Source of the DNA: Monocercomonoides exilis PA203
Lineage: Eukaryota; Protista; Preaxostyla
Length of the DNA: 64,000 bases
Direction: 5' to 3'
Assembly (NCBI GenBank): GCA_001643675.2
Contig: LSRY02000029.1
Span: forward strand, 1 to 64,000
The notes beneath the pieces were generated by a model that saw nothing but the letters and a program-made list of their open reading frames with translations, had not been told where the DNA came from and ran no database searches. How positions within the stretch are numbered: the stretch's first letter is position 1; the number at the start of each line of letters is the position of its first letter. Shown in pieces: positions 36,941 to 50,530 of the stretch. A program made the translations under genes and the position numbers.

Positions 36941-39900
36941 TCATCTTCATCTTCCTCTTCATCCGAACTGTCAGAAGTGAATTCTTCACAAGAAAGAGCC
37001 GAAAAAGAAGAAATTAACGAAAACATCGGAGACTTCAAAAGAAAACATGCGCAGCATCTGCAGCTTCCTATGATCCTTCCGCCACAAGAAGCAACTCTTC
37101 AAAATCCATCTTATGTGCCTCGAAGACAAAGACAGAGAAAAAGCAATCAAAATTCAACACAAACATTTTTGACTCATTCAATTGCTGCCATTGGCACAGG
37201 AACAGGAACATCTCCTTCTTCATTGCCAAATGAATCTTTTCTTTCTCTTCCTCAGTCATCTTCTTCTTATTCTCCTTCATCTTCATCTTCCTCATCTTCA
37301 TCTTCATCTTCTCCAGCAATGACAGATCTCTCTCTCTCCACCCTCGATCACACTATCGCTCTGAGATTGAAATGCGCTCCGCATAAGAGCAATGCATCCT
37401 CTCGTCCTCCGACGATTTCTCAACCGCTGCGCACAAGTGGCTGCTGCTTCTGGTGCTTCACGTTCTTCTTCCTCTTCCTCTTCTTTCTCGTTGCTTCGTT
37501 CTTCAAGAAACAGATTTCTGACAGGAGAAGAGCAGCAGATGAAGAGGATGCAGCAAGAGTTCGGAAGAAGAAGGAAAAAACAATATTTTGTTTTCCCACC
37601 AGATGTGTTTGAGGCGCTGCCGCTGTTTGCAGAGTTTCGGATGGTGGAGCAATATGTGAAGAATCTGGAGAAAAGGAAGAAGTTGAAGGCAATACAGATA
37701 AAGGAAAAGAAGAGGATCAAGAAGTGATTTTGGAGGATTCAATGAACAACATCAAAGCAGTTGTTTCAAAAGCAAATATTATCAAACGGAAGTAGAAAAG
37801 AGTGCAAACGCCAAAGAATCCATATAAACTGACAAAAAACTTGAAACGAACAATAATGAGCCAAAACCAGAGCCACTTTCATCAAAAGTCCTGCAAAAAC
37901 AGCAGCATCAGTACACAACACAATCACCTTTTCCACAACCTAAACAGTACTCTTCAGAACGATGAACCTTTAAGAAAGATACACATAATACGAGGAAAGC
38001 GAATGGACGGCGAATGGAGAGGAGTCTGAGGGAGATCGTTGATTGTGAACATCCAAGAGATGGAAATGGTGGGAGGAGCTGTTTGTGCACCAACAACGCA
38101 GCTGTCACCTGCTGTTGGAGGAGGAGGAGGAGTGAAGACATTGGGCGTGATGGGGATGAAGAATTTCAACAAAGAAGTGACATGGGCGATGCCGGATGAG
38201 TTTCAGAATAAGAAAGGGAAAATGGATGATGAAGAGGCGAAGATCACGTTTTATTCGTTGGAATTTGATGACAAGAGAGAAAAACTGCTTCGGCTGATGA
38301 AACAACAGGAAATACAGAAGAAGAGGAATGAGAAAGAAGAGAAAGAGAGGAAAGGAAGAAGAAAGAAGAGCGGGAGTGCAGGAAAATGGAGAAAATGGCG
38401 AAGAAGATAGAGGAAAAAGATAAGAATCTGTTTAGCAGCATCCAAGGAATACTACAACCACACCTTGAGACATGCACGCCGACCAACCAGATGGAGAGCA
38501 AAAAGGCCAGTGAGGCGCAGCAAGAGGAAAAAGAAAGTCAAACGCCATTTTTGACAAGAGAGCGGAAATTGGACTGCATGTTGAATGATTTAGCGAATTC
38601 TGACCTGGAAGATTTGAGCGATGAATTGGATGTGCCCTGCCGCAATGTGCAAATCAAAAGCGAGGAAAATGGGCAATTTGTGTGGAAGATGAGGAAAGTG
38701 CCTGTGTATGCAGCAGCTGATGCGAGGCAGACAAGAACGCGGTTGGATCTGATGAGCGCGCTGAAGAGCGGGCCGAGACAGAGCAGAGAAGAGCTGCAAA
38801 GAGGAAGAGGGATGAAGTGGAGGGGCTGGTGGCCGTACAACGAGGAAGCAGAGATGATACACAGAAAGGGAAATAAAGGAGCAAGGAAAGGATCGCCTCT
38901 GCTGTTTCAGTAGGAGAAAGGGATGAGAACATTCGGTCAGAGCAGCATGCCTGGAATAAAAGATGTGATGTCAAAACTGTTTTCTTCGCTTTCGTTCTCA
39001 AAGTTGGCGTCTTTCTTCACGTAGCAGAATTCAATGGCGATGGATCTGAAATAGAAATATTCTGGCCTCAATTTGGTTGTGCCTTTATATTCAGCTGCTG
39101 ATTTTACAGCAAATACAAACATTGCTCTAAATCCTCTTTCTCATTGATCTTCGTCATTTGTAAAATCGTCATTGTTTATGAACATCCAACAACAATCTTC
39201 TCCTTCTCTCAGAACATCTTTATCTCCTTCCCTTTTATCTCAAGCTGTTCATACATCTTCTACTAATTCAACTATTCCAACCCCACTTCCGCTATCACTT
39301 CTTGCCTTAACTTCTTCTTCTTCTTTTCTTTCATTCAACTCCCCTCGAATTCATCGTCAGGCCTCATCTTTCATTTCTATTCAGAAGCACAGATAATTAT
39401 TTATTCTAACACAGAATGTCAGCTGAAATTACATGTCAACGGAAACGATTCTATTTTTAGCATTGAATATCGGAGCAGAAGGCATTCAACGGAAAAATGA
39501 GATAGAATCTTATTTTTTAATTTGGAAGCTGAAGCATTTGCAGTGAAAACAGAAAGGACATTGTGGCTATTTTTGTTTGAAATGGCTGGGCTCCTAAAAA
39601 AGCCTTTGGAAGATTTCACAGCAGCGAAACCACGATGAATTGTTGGAAATGAAATAAAGGGAAAATCAATTTTGAGGAAAAGGCTTATTTGAAGGAAAAT
39701 TTCAAAGAGGTGGTTGCGCTAATCGGTTACAAGCAAGTTGAAATCGGAAAGCTGAAGAAAATATAAACTGAAGAAAATTGCCTGATATATATGAATATAT
39801 TTCTTTTGAAGATACCACAGCAATGAATCTTTTTTCATGAGCTTAATTTGTAGTTGATGGAGAAGAAAAATTAGATGAGGTAATGACGAAGAAATATTTT

Positions 39901-40726
39901 TGTCTTGTTGATGAATGAGATTTTCGAAAAAATAAGTGATGATATATGCTTCAGTTGAAAAAGCTATGAAAGTTCATGTATTTTTCTTTCATGGAAAATG
40001 GAAGAAATCTGATGAAAACAGATAAAGTCCATCATTTACAGTGATTTTTGTATCAGCTGCACTGAATGTGAGTGTTTGAGTGGAACAAATATTGAAGTGA
40101 AGAGGGTGAGAGATGCGTCTTGGATAAGAGAAATGAAGCTGTGGAGGGAATACTCGATGATGGCACATGGGGTCTGTTGGGGTCTGCCACAGGCATCAAC
40201 GTCAATTCCATTGCTGAAATCAATTTTATTCAAAGCGATGAGGAGTCTTCTGTTAAAATAGGATTTATCCTATGTTCCACAATTTCGTTTAACGCTTGAT
40301 GAATTCGATGAAACGAATAAAATGAATGAAGATTTGTTGGCTGTGCTAAGGCGAAGAAAAATAGAAAATTTACTGCTTTTGATCAAATTAATTCAATAAT
40401 TTTGTTTTCTTTTTTCTTTTATATTCTTCTTTTTTAATGTTTTCTTTGCAACATTTTGTTTTTCCAGTTTTGAATTTTCTGTTAACCTTTTAAAGATAAA
40501 TTTTGCATTTTTTTTTAAAAAACTTGATCAAAATAACACTTTTTCATCAAAAACGTTAAAAAGTTATGTTTTTTTTCATATAAATAAATAAAACAAATAT
40601 GCATCTAAGAAATAAAGTGTAAAAACTTGCAAATTATCAATTTAACTATTCGATCTAAAATTTCCACAACGAAATTTATTTTTTCGGTTTTTGATCTTTT
40701 TTATGATTTCAAAAAAAATCACCCAT
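36941..40726 (+). repeat. Segmental duplication, copy 2 (pseudogene plus adhesin fragment)
   Basis: Colinear with 21560-26033, with internal deletions and independent frameshifts. Confidence 0.85.
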
Positions 40727-40986
40727 TTCCTTTATCAAAAATTTTCTTCTTCATTTCATCAATTTCTTCGAATTAAGGAATGGTTTATCAACTGACTCAT
40801 TCACTTTATTGACTTGTGATTTTGTATTAAAAAATAATGAAGAAATAAATGCTATTAAAAAACTCTCAAAAAGTGCAGCTTCATTTCACGCCAACATCAT
40901 TTTCTATGACTTTTGAATCTTGCATTTTAACAATAATACAGCAACCAGAAAACAACTGAAATTTGATTTTTGCATAAACAGTTTTG

Positions 40987-41227
40987 GCAAAAAATACCTG
41001 ACAAGATCGATATCTCAATCACAGCAAAAAGAAAAATTCTGTTAATTTTCCTCAAAATTCTATTTCTCAGAGATTTCGATATATATTTTTTCTGAGCTCA
41101 AGCGAAGCTGTCCTGAAAGTCTTGTATGTCTCGTGAGTTTGTATTGATGAGATATATTTTGAGGAAAATTAACAGTATTTTTCTTCTGGCTGTGATTGAG
41201 ATATCGATCTTGTCCGGTATTTTTTGC
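40987..41227. repeat. 72-bp inverted repeat pair (MITE-like/foldback)
   Basis: 40987-41058 (GCAAAAAATACCTGACAAGATCGATATCTCAATCACAGC...) versus 41156-41227, few mismatches, ~97-bp spacer. Confidence 0.85.
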
Positions 41228-41481
41228 GATGTACGGAATTATTTGCAGAAACTGTAATAAGCAAATGAATGAATGATATTTTTGTTCATTGGAATAAAAA
41301 GTCAACAATAACAAAATCTTCACTCATTCCACGCTCCACGGTAAAGTTTCATATTGTAAAGAAATGATTCTTACACAGATTGCATTTATTGAAAATGCTA
41401 TAATTGTTTGGATGATCTGAAAACAGTGAGAAGAAAAAAAATTCAACAATTGTATTGATTTGATTTTTAAAATTAATAAAT

Positions 41482-41540
41482 TAAGCCTGGGTGACGTGAT
41501 GAAAAAATTTTGTCACGTCCCTCACCAAATTTCCACTTTG

Positions 41541-41579
<39 letters not shown>

Positions 41580-44500
41580 AGGATGATGGCAATTATTTCA
41601 AAAGCAATAGTAATATAAATAATTTATGAAAGGATTAATATAACATGTTTTTGAAAAATGTCATTTGATCAATATGTACCACAATTATATGATTTTTTAA
41701 ACAAATCATACTTTTGTACCATTCAAAAAAATGCACAAAATCTCAAAGGAATGAGTGAACATTGGTATAATCATGAACATATTGAGATTGTATTGTTTTA
41801 TAACTTATCTTTCAACTTTTTTTCGTTCAACAAAATAAATAATAATTGAGTTGTTTTCCATTTGTTTAATTATCATGAAAGCGTGGAGATTGAACGCTCC
41901 CGAATAATGTTGCAATGCGTAGCTGTTGATATTTTAGTTTTCTTGTTCATAAAAATTCATTTATGCATTTTTTTTTGTTGAAATGCTTTATGAACAGGAA
42001 GATTGCGATGAGAAAGATCACAAACAGAAAATCGAAAAATAAACAAAGAAGAATACAATTCTGTTTTCCTTTTAGATCTTTTCAACAGACTGAAAAAATA
42101 CTTGAAAATCAGAAAATGTCTTTGGAAAATGATATTCTATTGTGGGAGCACGAGGTATATTGAAAAGCAATAGTAAGTTTCTGAAACACTGGCCTTCTCG
42201 ATATTTTTTGATAGAAAAAATTGTAAAAAGATGATTGATGGAAAAGAAAAAAGAAGAAGAATCGAATGAAAAACTTTTTGTAGATTTTTGTGAGTGAAGA
42301 CTTTAGCTTATCAACGTATTTTCTTCGGAATTGCTATCGATTTGTTCATATTATCTCCTAAAAGTTGCTTTGAACAAGAAGGAATATGAAGTCTTGTGAA
42401 AAAAAGTGGAAATAGCATTGATTGCTTCGAGTTGCATTGTTGGATATCACGTATGAGAAATTCTGTTCCGCTTATTACACAATTGTATTATTATTTTCGG
42501 ATTATTCTATTAGAAATTCCCAGAAAAACTGTATTTGAAAAAATTGAGGTTTTCAAATATCTCAAGAACAACGTTTACCAACTTGTCTTGGTTATCAGTC
42601 AACTTGGAAGTTTTTTGATCAACAGATAAAAAAAAAGATTTGGAAAGTGTTGTTAAAAATTAGTTGTGTTGTTTGAGAGAAGAAGCAAGAGAATTTGTTG
42701 AATTTTCAGAACGAGTTGATTGGAAAAGAAAAGAAAAAGAAAAAGAAGGAGAAAAAGAAAAAAAAAGAAGAGCTCATTTTAATAAGATAACTTAATGAAA
42801 TTTAACAATTTCTTTCAAACGTTTATATCCACGAATGAAGAAAATTTTGGGCTTATCAACGACATTGCTCAGATATTCAGAAATGCAAAAGAAAATTGCA
42901 GTGATGCAAACAACAGATCCTTTTTTTTTGAAGCATCCACGTCAAATAGAACTGTGATGATTGAATACTTGTTGAAAGGTGAGACAACGAAAGCGCTATT
43001 GGAGTTAATGAACAGGATCAAAACAAATTTGAAGAAGTTTAAAGAAAAGATATGTTAGGATAAGTTATCAAAAGGATAAAAGACAAAGGATTCAGAAATT
43101 CCATTATAAGCTTTCATTAAGTATTATTTTTTTCTCAACGAAAAGAATAACTCCTCTCAGTCAATAAATATCGCAGTGTATATTGTGAATGTTAATGGAA
43201 ATGAAACGTTCATATTTTATTCTATCTGAATTTTTGTTTTTCTTTTTTCATCACATCACAATTCAACAAACAATTGAATAATTTTGAAAAAGAAAGAATT
43301 TTTCTATTTTAACTTCGAAATGGAGCAAAGTTATAAAGAGGAAAAAAAGAACAACATCAAACTTTGGAAAGAAAACAATCAATTATCAATAACAATACAA
43401 CAAGTGATATTTATTAAATGAATCAAACATTTTAATGAGGAAGAAATACAGCTGTTATGAAAAGGTTTATTCTTATTTTTTATTATCCATAAGTTTGATT
43501 GTATCTTTCTCAGCCTCAGCCTCTGCAGTCTCATCTGTTAAAGCAGCACCATTAACATAGTTATCTTGCTTAAAGAATTCTTAATAATTTGACTTCATAT
43601 CATAAAATCCACGAGAAACTCCATTTGCTTATTCATTAACATTCCTTTTTTACAAAGAATTGTTCATGGGAAAAAAAATAGTATAAATTTATACAAATTT
43701 TCGTGTTATATATCGAAGCTTTTTAATTCGTAATTTCTTTAATGCACACTATGATCTGCGTGTTGCTCATATGTTCAAAAAAACCACTTTGAAAATGTGG
43801 ATGAGATATAAAAAAGGATGAAGAGGAGAAGAGGAAGTTTATGTTGGTAATTTAATTGTGATTTATAAACTCAGATCTTAAGGGAAGTGAAGCACTGGCA
43901 ATGTGAAGATGCTTTTCCGGAAAAGAAAGATGGGAGAGAGGCGGATTTTGTTGCATAATTTTGAAAAGTTGTATTTTTTCTTCTGTAACTTTCGCTTCGA
44001 ATGAATATATAAATTATAAATGATTGAGTTTGCTTGAACATACCAAAAAGTCACTTCAACTGTTTCACGCGTAATAGAACGCATTCAAATTATTCAGCGA
44101 CTATCAATTTCGAAAAACTTTCTTCGAGGAAGAAATGCTCCTCATCAAAAACAAGTTTTTTCTACGTTATTAGATAATTCCGCTTTTGCTTTTATGCTTG
44201 ACTTGCTTTCAAAATGAAACCTCAACAGTTCTTTCTGTAACTGACTCGTCAATATTGAGATGAAAAGGATTCCGTTCAATTCCTCACATATGGGTGATTA
44301 TTTTTGAAATCATATTTTCTTTAAGAAAATTTTCGGTTTCAATTTCTTGCGTAGAATTAATGACAATGAACACAAATAAGAAATTATTTCAATAAATATT
44401 ATTTCTGTCATTCTTTCCCGTCAAAGAATATTTTATGATTCAATAAAATGAATATTACATTTCAACAAAAGTTTTATTTTCGAATTCATAAAACTCTTAT

Positions 44501-45211
44501 AATTATGCACACCACGAAAAAAGTTATGATTAAAAAAATAATCACCCATATGCTTTTGAAAAATGTTTATAACAAATATTCGTCAAATTCACGATTAGAT
44601 TGTATATGTATAAAAACGATATATTTTTTAAGAAAGAAATAAGCAGTTTAATAAGTCAGAAAAACCTGTTCAATTATCTTTCTCTCAAAGTTAATTTTCC
44701 AAAACAAATATGAATTAGGATTCTCTGTTTTTTTTTCATTTTAAGCATTCTTCTTTCCTTTTAAAATAGATTAATGATTGTTTCAAAAAACGAAATGTTA
44801 TGGAAGAAGTTCAAAATGAAAAAGCACAACCAACAATTTTAAAAATATAAGTTACATTTTGTTCTTTTTTCTTTTTCTTATTTTTTTGTATCACTGGCAG
44901 GAAGTGATGCTGTGACGTCAGTGATTTCATTGACGTGTCAAAATTCCGATTTCTGCTTTTAGGTCAGTGAAAAATGCATTATAGCAAATTTGATTTGACA
45001 AATATTTTTTCAAATTTTTTGTCTTTGAACTTAAAGAGAATAAAATAAATTATTTCGATTTAATTTTTTTGAAAATATTTATTCAACATCTTTTTATTTA
45101 TATTTTATTATATTTTTATTTTTTTTTATTTTTTTGTGACGTTGAAAAATCTGTCACGTCCGTCAAAATCCAAATACGTAGCGTCAGAAATCAGTACGTC
45201 ACCCAGGCTTA
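41482..45211. mobile_element. Non-autonomous or decayed hAT-like element (3.7 kb)
   Basis: Perfect 16-bp TIR TAAGCCTGGGTGACGT (41482-41497; 45196-45211), sharing the TAAGCCTG terminus of the upstream hAT. Flanks TAATAAAT/TAATTTAT (6/8 match). Subterminal TGAC/GTCA motifs. Confidence 0.8.
44291..44548. mobile_element. Small MITE-like element (258 bp)
   Basis: 19-bp perfect inverted repeat CATATGGGTGATTATTTTT (44287-44305; 44534-44552), readable as TA + TGGGTG...CACCCA + TA. Confidence 0.6.
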
Positions 45212-45237
45212 TAATTTATATTTTATTCGATCAATTA

Positions 45238-47584
45238 CCGTTGGTGGAAAAAGCGGTCGTTGGTGGGAAAAGCGGTAGTTCAAGTTGTTTGAAAAGAAGA
45301 ATCTTTTGGTAAAAAACATTAAAATTGGAAAGATTTAGAACATTCACACCTGTGAAAGTTCAATGTGATGAATTTTTTATTTATCGACTGGTTGCAAGAC
45401 AGAAAAGTTCTCTGAACCTTCGCAATTTGAACAGCAGTTTGAACAAACTGCAGTTATCAAAAATACTTCATTGCATTGAATAATCAGAAGAAACAACTTG
45501 AAGATAATGTGATTTATTCTGGAATAGCTGTTTGGAAACAAATTTTGATCTTTTTGAATGAAACTTTGTCAAAAAAGTTTTTGATCGAATGTGTAATAAT
45601 GGACGCAACAAAAAAAAAATCACTCCAAACCTTCTTCATTGTTTGGTGGCAACATCAGACTTCCGAAAATATTCATCTCCATCACGAAAGATCTTCGAAA
45701 TAAAAAAGAAATACTCTCCATCATGGAAAGCTGCAGTAGGTTCCAATTTGATTTCAAACGGTGCATGGGAAAGAGGAATAGCAGCAATGAAAACAAATCG
45801 GGAAGTGGGGAAAATTGGTAGACCATCAATAATTACAAGTGAACAACTGGAAAGAGTTGAAAATCAAGTCATCACACTGCTGTCCGAACAAAAAATTATC
45901 AGAGTGAAGGACGTTCAATCGATGGTTTTACGAGTTGATCTTTTTGTTTTTTTGATAAAGTTGTTTTTTTAGATCCAGGAAGTTTTTAATACAAGTTGTG
46001 AAAGCGACGAAGAAAGGAAAAAAGTTAATTCGAAATATGCCTTTGATCTCATAAAAAGAAGCTCAATATTAAAGGCATGCATTTTCAGGCCTATGGAAAT
46101 TGCAAAAATCTGTGCGCAATCACCAGAAACAATTCGTGAATGGTTCCAAAAGTTGACTTCCGTCATTACAGCGAATAACATTGATTCGACAGACATTTAC
46201 AACTTTGATGAATCTTCTGTTCGTATTGGAGAAGGAACAGAAAAGCTTATTGTTTGCCCCAAAAACCAAACGCCGCATTCTCCTCCGACATTACCAAAAA
46301 CCGAAAATGCAACTTTATGTGTTTGCATTTGTGCCGACGGGTCTCATCTTCCACATATATTAATGTACCCACGAAAAAAGACACCACAAGAGTTTTCTTT
46401 TTTATCATCTTTAAATATATTATGCATTGGTTCTTCATCGGGTTGGATAAATTCGGAAACATTTCGATTTATCATAATTCAGAAATGGATTCCGTTGATA
46501 GCGAATAAACTGAAAGTGTCAAAATCTAAGAAAGCTCTGTTATTATTGGACAATCACCGTTCTCATTTTGATTCGGAGGTTATTTCGTTTGCTAATCATA
46601 ACAATATCATCATCGAAACCTTTCCTCCGAATATGACACACCTTTTCCAGCCGTGTGACAATTGCGTGTTTTCTCGATTAAAACTTGTTCTTCAAAATTC
46701 ATTTGTTAGACCTTCAAATTTTACGACTTCTTCTTTCCGAAAAGCTTTGGCAGATGTGTTGCCAGAAGCTTTGTCTGCTGCAACTTCTCCGTCTGTAATA
46801 AAATCTGCATTTTTAAACACTGGAGTTCATCCTGTTGCTGCTGCTCCTGTGTTATCCAAAGTGTGCGGCACAGCTTTGTCTTCAAAAAAATCATCTTCTT
46901 CAAATTTATCCACAACAGATCTGAAGAAAAGCGTATTTGGAGATTTTTCTCCAAAAGAAAAATGACAATTAAAAGAAAAAAGTCCGCAAATACCTGCGAT
47001 TGAGATTAAGAAAATGAAAATAACAAACGAAAAAGCAATTGCAAACGAGGAAAAAGAAGTAGAAGAAAAAGCAGAGCAAAACGAAAGCGAAGGATCGGAG
47101 ATAATGAAGAAAAGAAAAATTTGACATCGAAAAAGAAGAATTGATGATAATTATGTTTACGGAAATGAAATCAGTTGCATATATGAAAAGGAAGGAACAT
47201 TAACTTTTGATCAGAAAACAAAGTTAAGAACAAGAAAAAGGAGAAAAATTGAAGATGAATCCGATTCAGATATTGAAACCACAACAATTTGAATGGATCA
47301 ATTTTTATTTTGAAGTTTATGTGAATGAAGATATTATTTTTTAGAACTGCGTTAGTCTTATTTTTCCAATTCATATATCTTTTTAAATAAAAACAGGCTG
47401 TTGATGATAAAGTTTAATACCTTTTTTTCATTTATTTTTTCATATTTCTGTTCGACAAGCAATAATAATCAAAATTCAAAATGCTTCAGGCCATATCAAA
47501 AGAATAACAGGGAAGAAAAATAACATTATTTTAGTTCCTCCAACTACCGCTTTTCCCACCAACGACCGTTTTTTCCACCGATGG
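45238..47584 (+). mobile_element. pogo-superfamily transposon (2.35 kb)
   Basis: 43-bp TIRs 45238-45280 and 47542-47584 (40/43 identical), with TA on both sides. Confidence 0.95.
45589..46965 (+). CDS. pogo/CENP-B-like DDE_1 transposase, DD35D, one intron (45925-45972)
   Basis: GRPSII, YNFDES, CICADG, SSGWINSETF, LLLLDNHRSH, FPPNMTHLFQPCD. The two exons join in frame. Exact start uncertain. Confidence 0.88.
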
Positions 47585-49029
47585 TATTTGATTATTTTTT
47601 AATTATAACTATATATTTTTATTTTAAAATTTATTTATTTATTTTATATATTTTTTTTTATTTTGAAGTTGCCAACGGAATCAAAAAGTTGCATACCGTG
47701 TCGCGCAGGTCTAATAAGAAAAACACATCTTTCTAATTTTTTTGTTATTATAATATGAACATCTTTGAAATTATAGATACAATGCAGATTAAATTGGGAA
47801 ATTTGAATTAATGGAGGCATTTTAAATTAACCTCTATTAATTAGAATTAATGCCACTCAATTCAAATTAAAGCACAAAACTTAAAAATCACCATCCTAAT
47901 TCAAATTGGAATAGATCATTCAAATTAATTTTCATTAGGGGAATGAAATGAATTACGAGAATTTTTTTTTTGTTTTTATGAAATTCGTTAAATTATTTCG
48001 ATAACAGGTTTTCATCATTTTTGCCAAAAATAGTTGTTTTCATATTCATAAGATTATTCTCTTCAAAATTGTTTTTCAAACTTCTTGACAAATATATTGG
48101 AAAAATACTTTTTCTTGAAATAACAGTAAAAAATCTTGTTGTTCTATCAATTTACATTTTTTTTAACAATTCAATGACTTCTTTTTGAAAAGAATGTCAA
48201 ATATTTATTTCTTTTCATCTGAAGGTATCAATTTAATAAACATTTTGAAACAAAAGCATATAATTAAAAAATGAACTCCTTCATAAGCAAGTTTAAAAGT
48301 GTTCATAGAAAAAGTAAACAGAAATCAAAAATGAATAAAAAATCAAATGATCACTTTTATTCATAACGCAAATTCTTGTCTCAGAAATGAACATGTTTTC
48401 AAAGATCTGAATGCAGTTAAGTGCCTTTTGTCCTTTTTTGATTAAATATTATTTTCAATGTGAGATTCAGCAAGCCTTCAAAAACTCTTCGAAAAAGAAA
48501 CTGTATCGAAAGGGCTGAAAGGAAAAACAAATCAAAAAAAAAAAAAAAAATAGAAGAAATACAATACAGATATATTCGTCCTTTAACCGGTTTGCATAAT
48601 AATTCTTATTCATCAAGGTTTTCAATGAAAATGTTTATTATTTAAAAATAATATAATTCTATGAAATATTGAGTTTAAAACATTCATTGAGTTTTTTCTT
48701 TGGAATGCGTTTTGTTTTAATAAATGAAAAATAATTACATGAATAACATTTGATCGTTTGTTTTCGAAAACTGCAAACTGCTTGTGTTCAATTATTATGA
48801 ATATTATCAATTCAAAAATTTTTAGCTCGATAATAAGAATAACAATTCACAATTTTGTATTAAATCTTTTTATATCCAGTGAATCAAAACATATCCCACA
48901 CTGTTAGGAAGCTTTACGAACCATTTTCCTTTCCATATTTTCCCTTGCGTATATTTCACGAATCAATTACCTTTCCTTTTCTTTTCTATTTGAGAACTCC
49001 TCCACTTTTCTGTAGAAAATGCCATCATC

Positions 49030-50530
49030 TGCTTCCAAAGAATTGTTGTCGATCACAATATTCGTGAGCCAACAGGCAATTTTTGCATCAGCTGAAAAAA
49101 CTTCTCGAGAACCAGTGTATTAATCTGATAAGCGAAGCCATAGTCTTTTCAATCGACCGAAAAACCACTCCACAGGTATTCTGTGCTTAACAACTATTTT
49201 ATTGATTATTTCCACTTCTTTCGCAGACATTACACTCGTTCCAGCTTTTGAAAACTCGGATCCGGATTGAGTTGAGTGTACCATAACAGCAACTGGAACA
49301 ACTTGAAGGTTTTCCGTAGGAAAAGATATTAACGAAAGTTGGGAGGAAGCTGCAGTTGAAGATGGCAATGATGAAACAGATGGAGATGAAAATGAAGGCT
49401 GAGAAGATGAGAAAGAAGAAGGCTGAGAAGAGGAGAGTGAATGAATGGATTCTAATTCTGAACGTTGGAATTCTTTTTCATTCATAGTTTTGTTAGCTTT
49501 ATGAATTCTTTTAATGGGAGTGATAACGTTGTCATCAATGAAATGACCTTGATACCCCTTATCGGCCATGATTGACCAACTGTCATTTTGATTGTGAACT
49601 GAATTTCCAATCTTTTCTTCTTCAGTTTTTTTTAGGTATTCGACACACCTATGCTTGCCACTTCTGAAAAGTGTAACGTTATGAACACCTCCAGGAACTG
49701 AGTCCTAGACAAACAACGCTTTGAATGGAGGCCAGGCTGATACTGCAACTTCTATTTTCATGCTGTAAGAGTTGTGGTGCCCATCAAACAATTGTCTAGC
49801 ATCATCAAAGTCTCCAACCTGAACAGAACATCTGACAGTGGTTGCGTCAACAAGCAAGGCGATAGAGGGAAATTCTTCGGAAATGAACTTTGGAGGTCTG
49901 GGCGGATTTTTGAAAATCTCGTCCAACACTTTAAGTAAATATGGCCTGATCTCTCGAATGCTATTGCTGGCCATTGTTTCCGACAATCCAAGAAAACCTG
50001 CGATTCCTTTAACAGTTGTTTTGCTCGATAACCATTCCAAGAAAACAACCAATTGATCGTGAATGGAAAAAATTTTCTTTTGCCCTCTTTTTGGCAATGT
50101 GCTTATGTGAGATGATAACAAATTTCCCAATTCGATAACAGTTTCTTTTGCAATTCTCAGATGTTCATCCTCCTTTTCTTTAAAAAATCTTTCAAGCAAT
50201 GATCCATAACATTCATCTTCCTCTTCACTTTCATCTGAACAATAGACTTGCTCTTCGATACTTGCAATTTGTGTATCTCTCTTTTTTCTTAAAGATTGAA
50301 AATCAGGTTGGGATCTCTTTTTCGGTCTCTTTCTTGATGATGATGATGTCGAGTGAAAATCCGTGATTGGATAATTTCTTTGAAAATTCAATAACTGCGA
50401 AGATGTTGGAGAAGATTTTAAAAAATGGAGAAGAACACGTTTTTTCGCTGTCTATTGAATTATCCCTTCTTTCAGTTGGATAATCATGATCTTGATGAAT
50501 CGCAGCATTTTTCCGTTTTATTGGAGTCAA
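49030..50530 (-). pseudogene. PIF/Harbinger (ISL2EU/IS5-like, DDE_Tnp_4) transposase, disrupted
   Basis: HTH DQLVVFLEWL...IAGFLGLSETMAS, LLVDAT, HNSYSMK, PGGVHN, MADKGYQG, HRIPVEWFFGRLKR, ACWLTN. In-frame stops at 49705-07 (TAG) and 49120-22 (TAA). TIRs not identified. Confidence 0.88.

Noticed and set aside
41541-41577. Retrotransposon poly-A tail
   Set aside because: No upstream retroelement body or TSD. It sits just inside a hAT-like TIR, like the tract at 28991.
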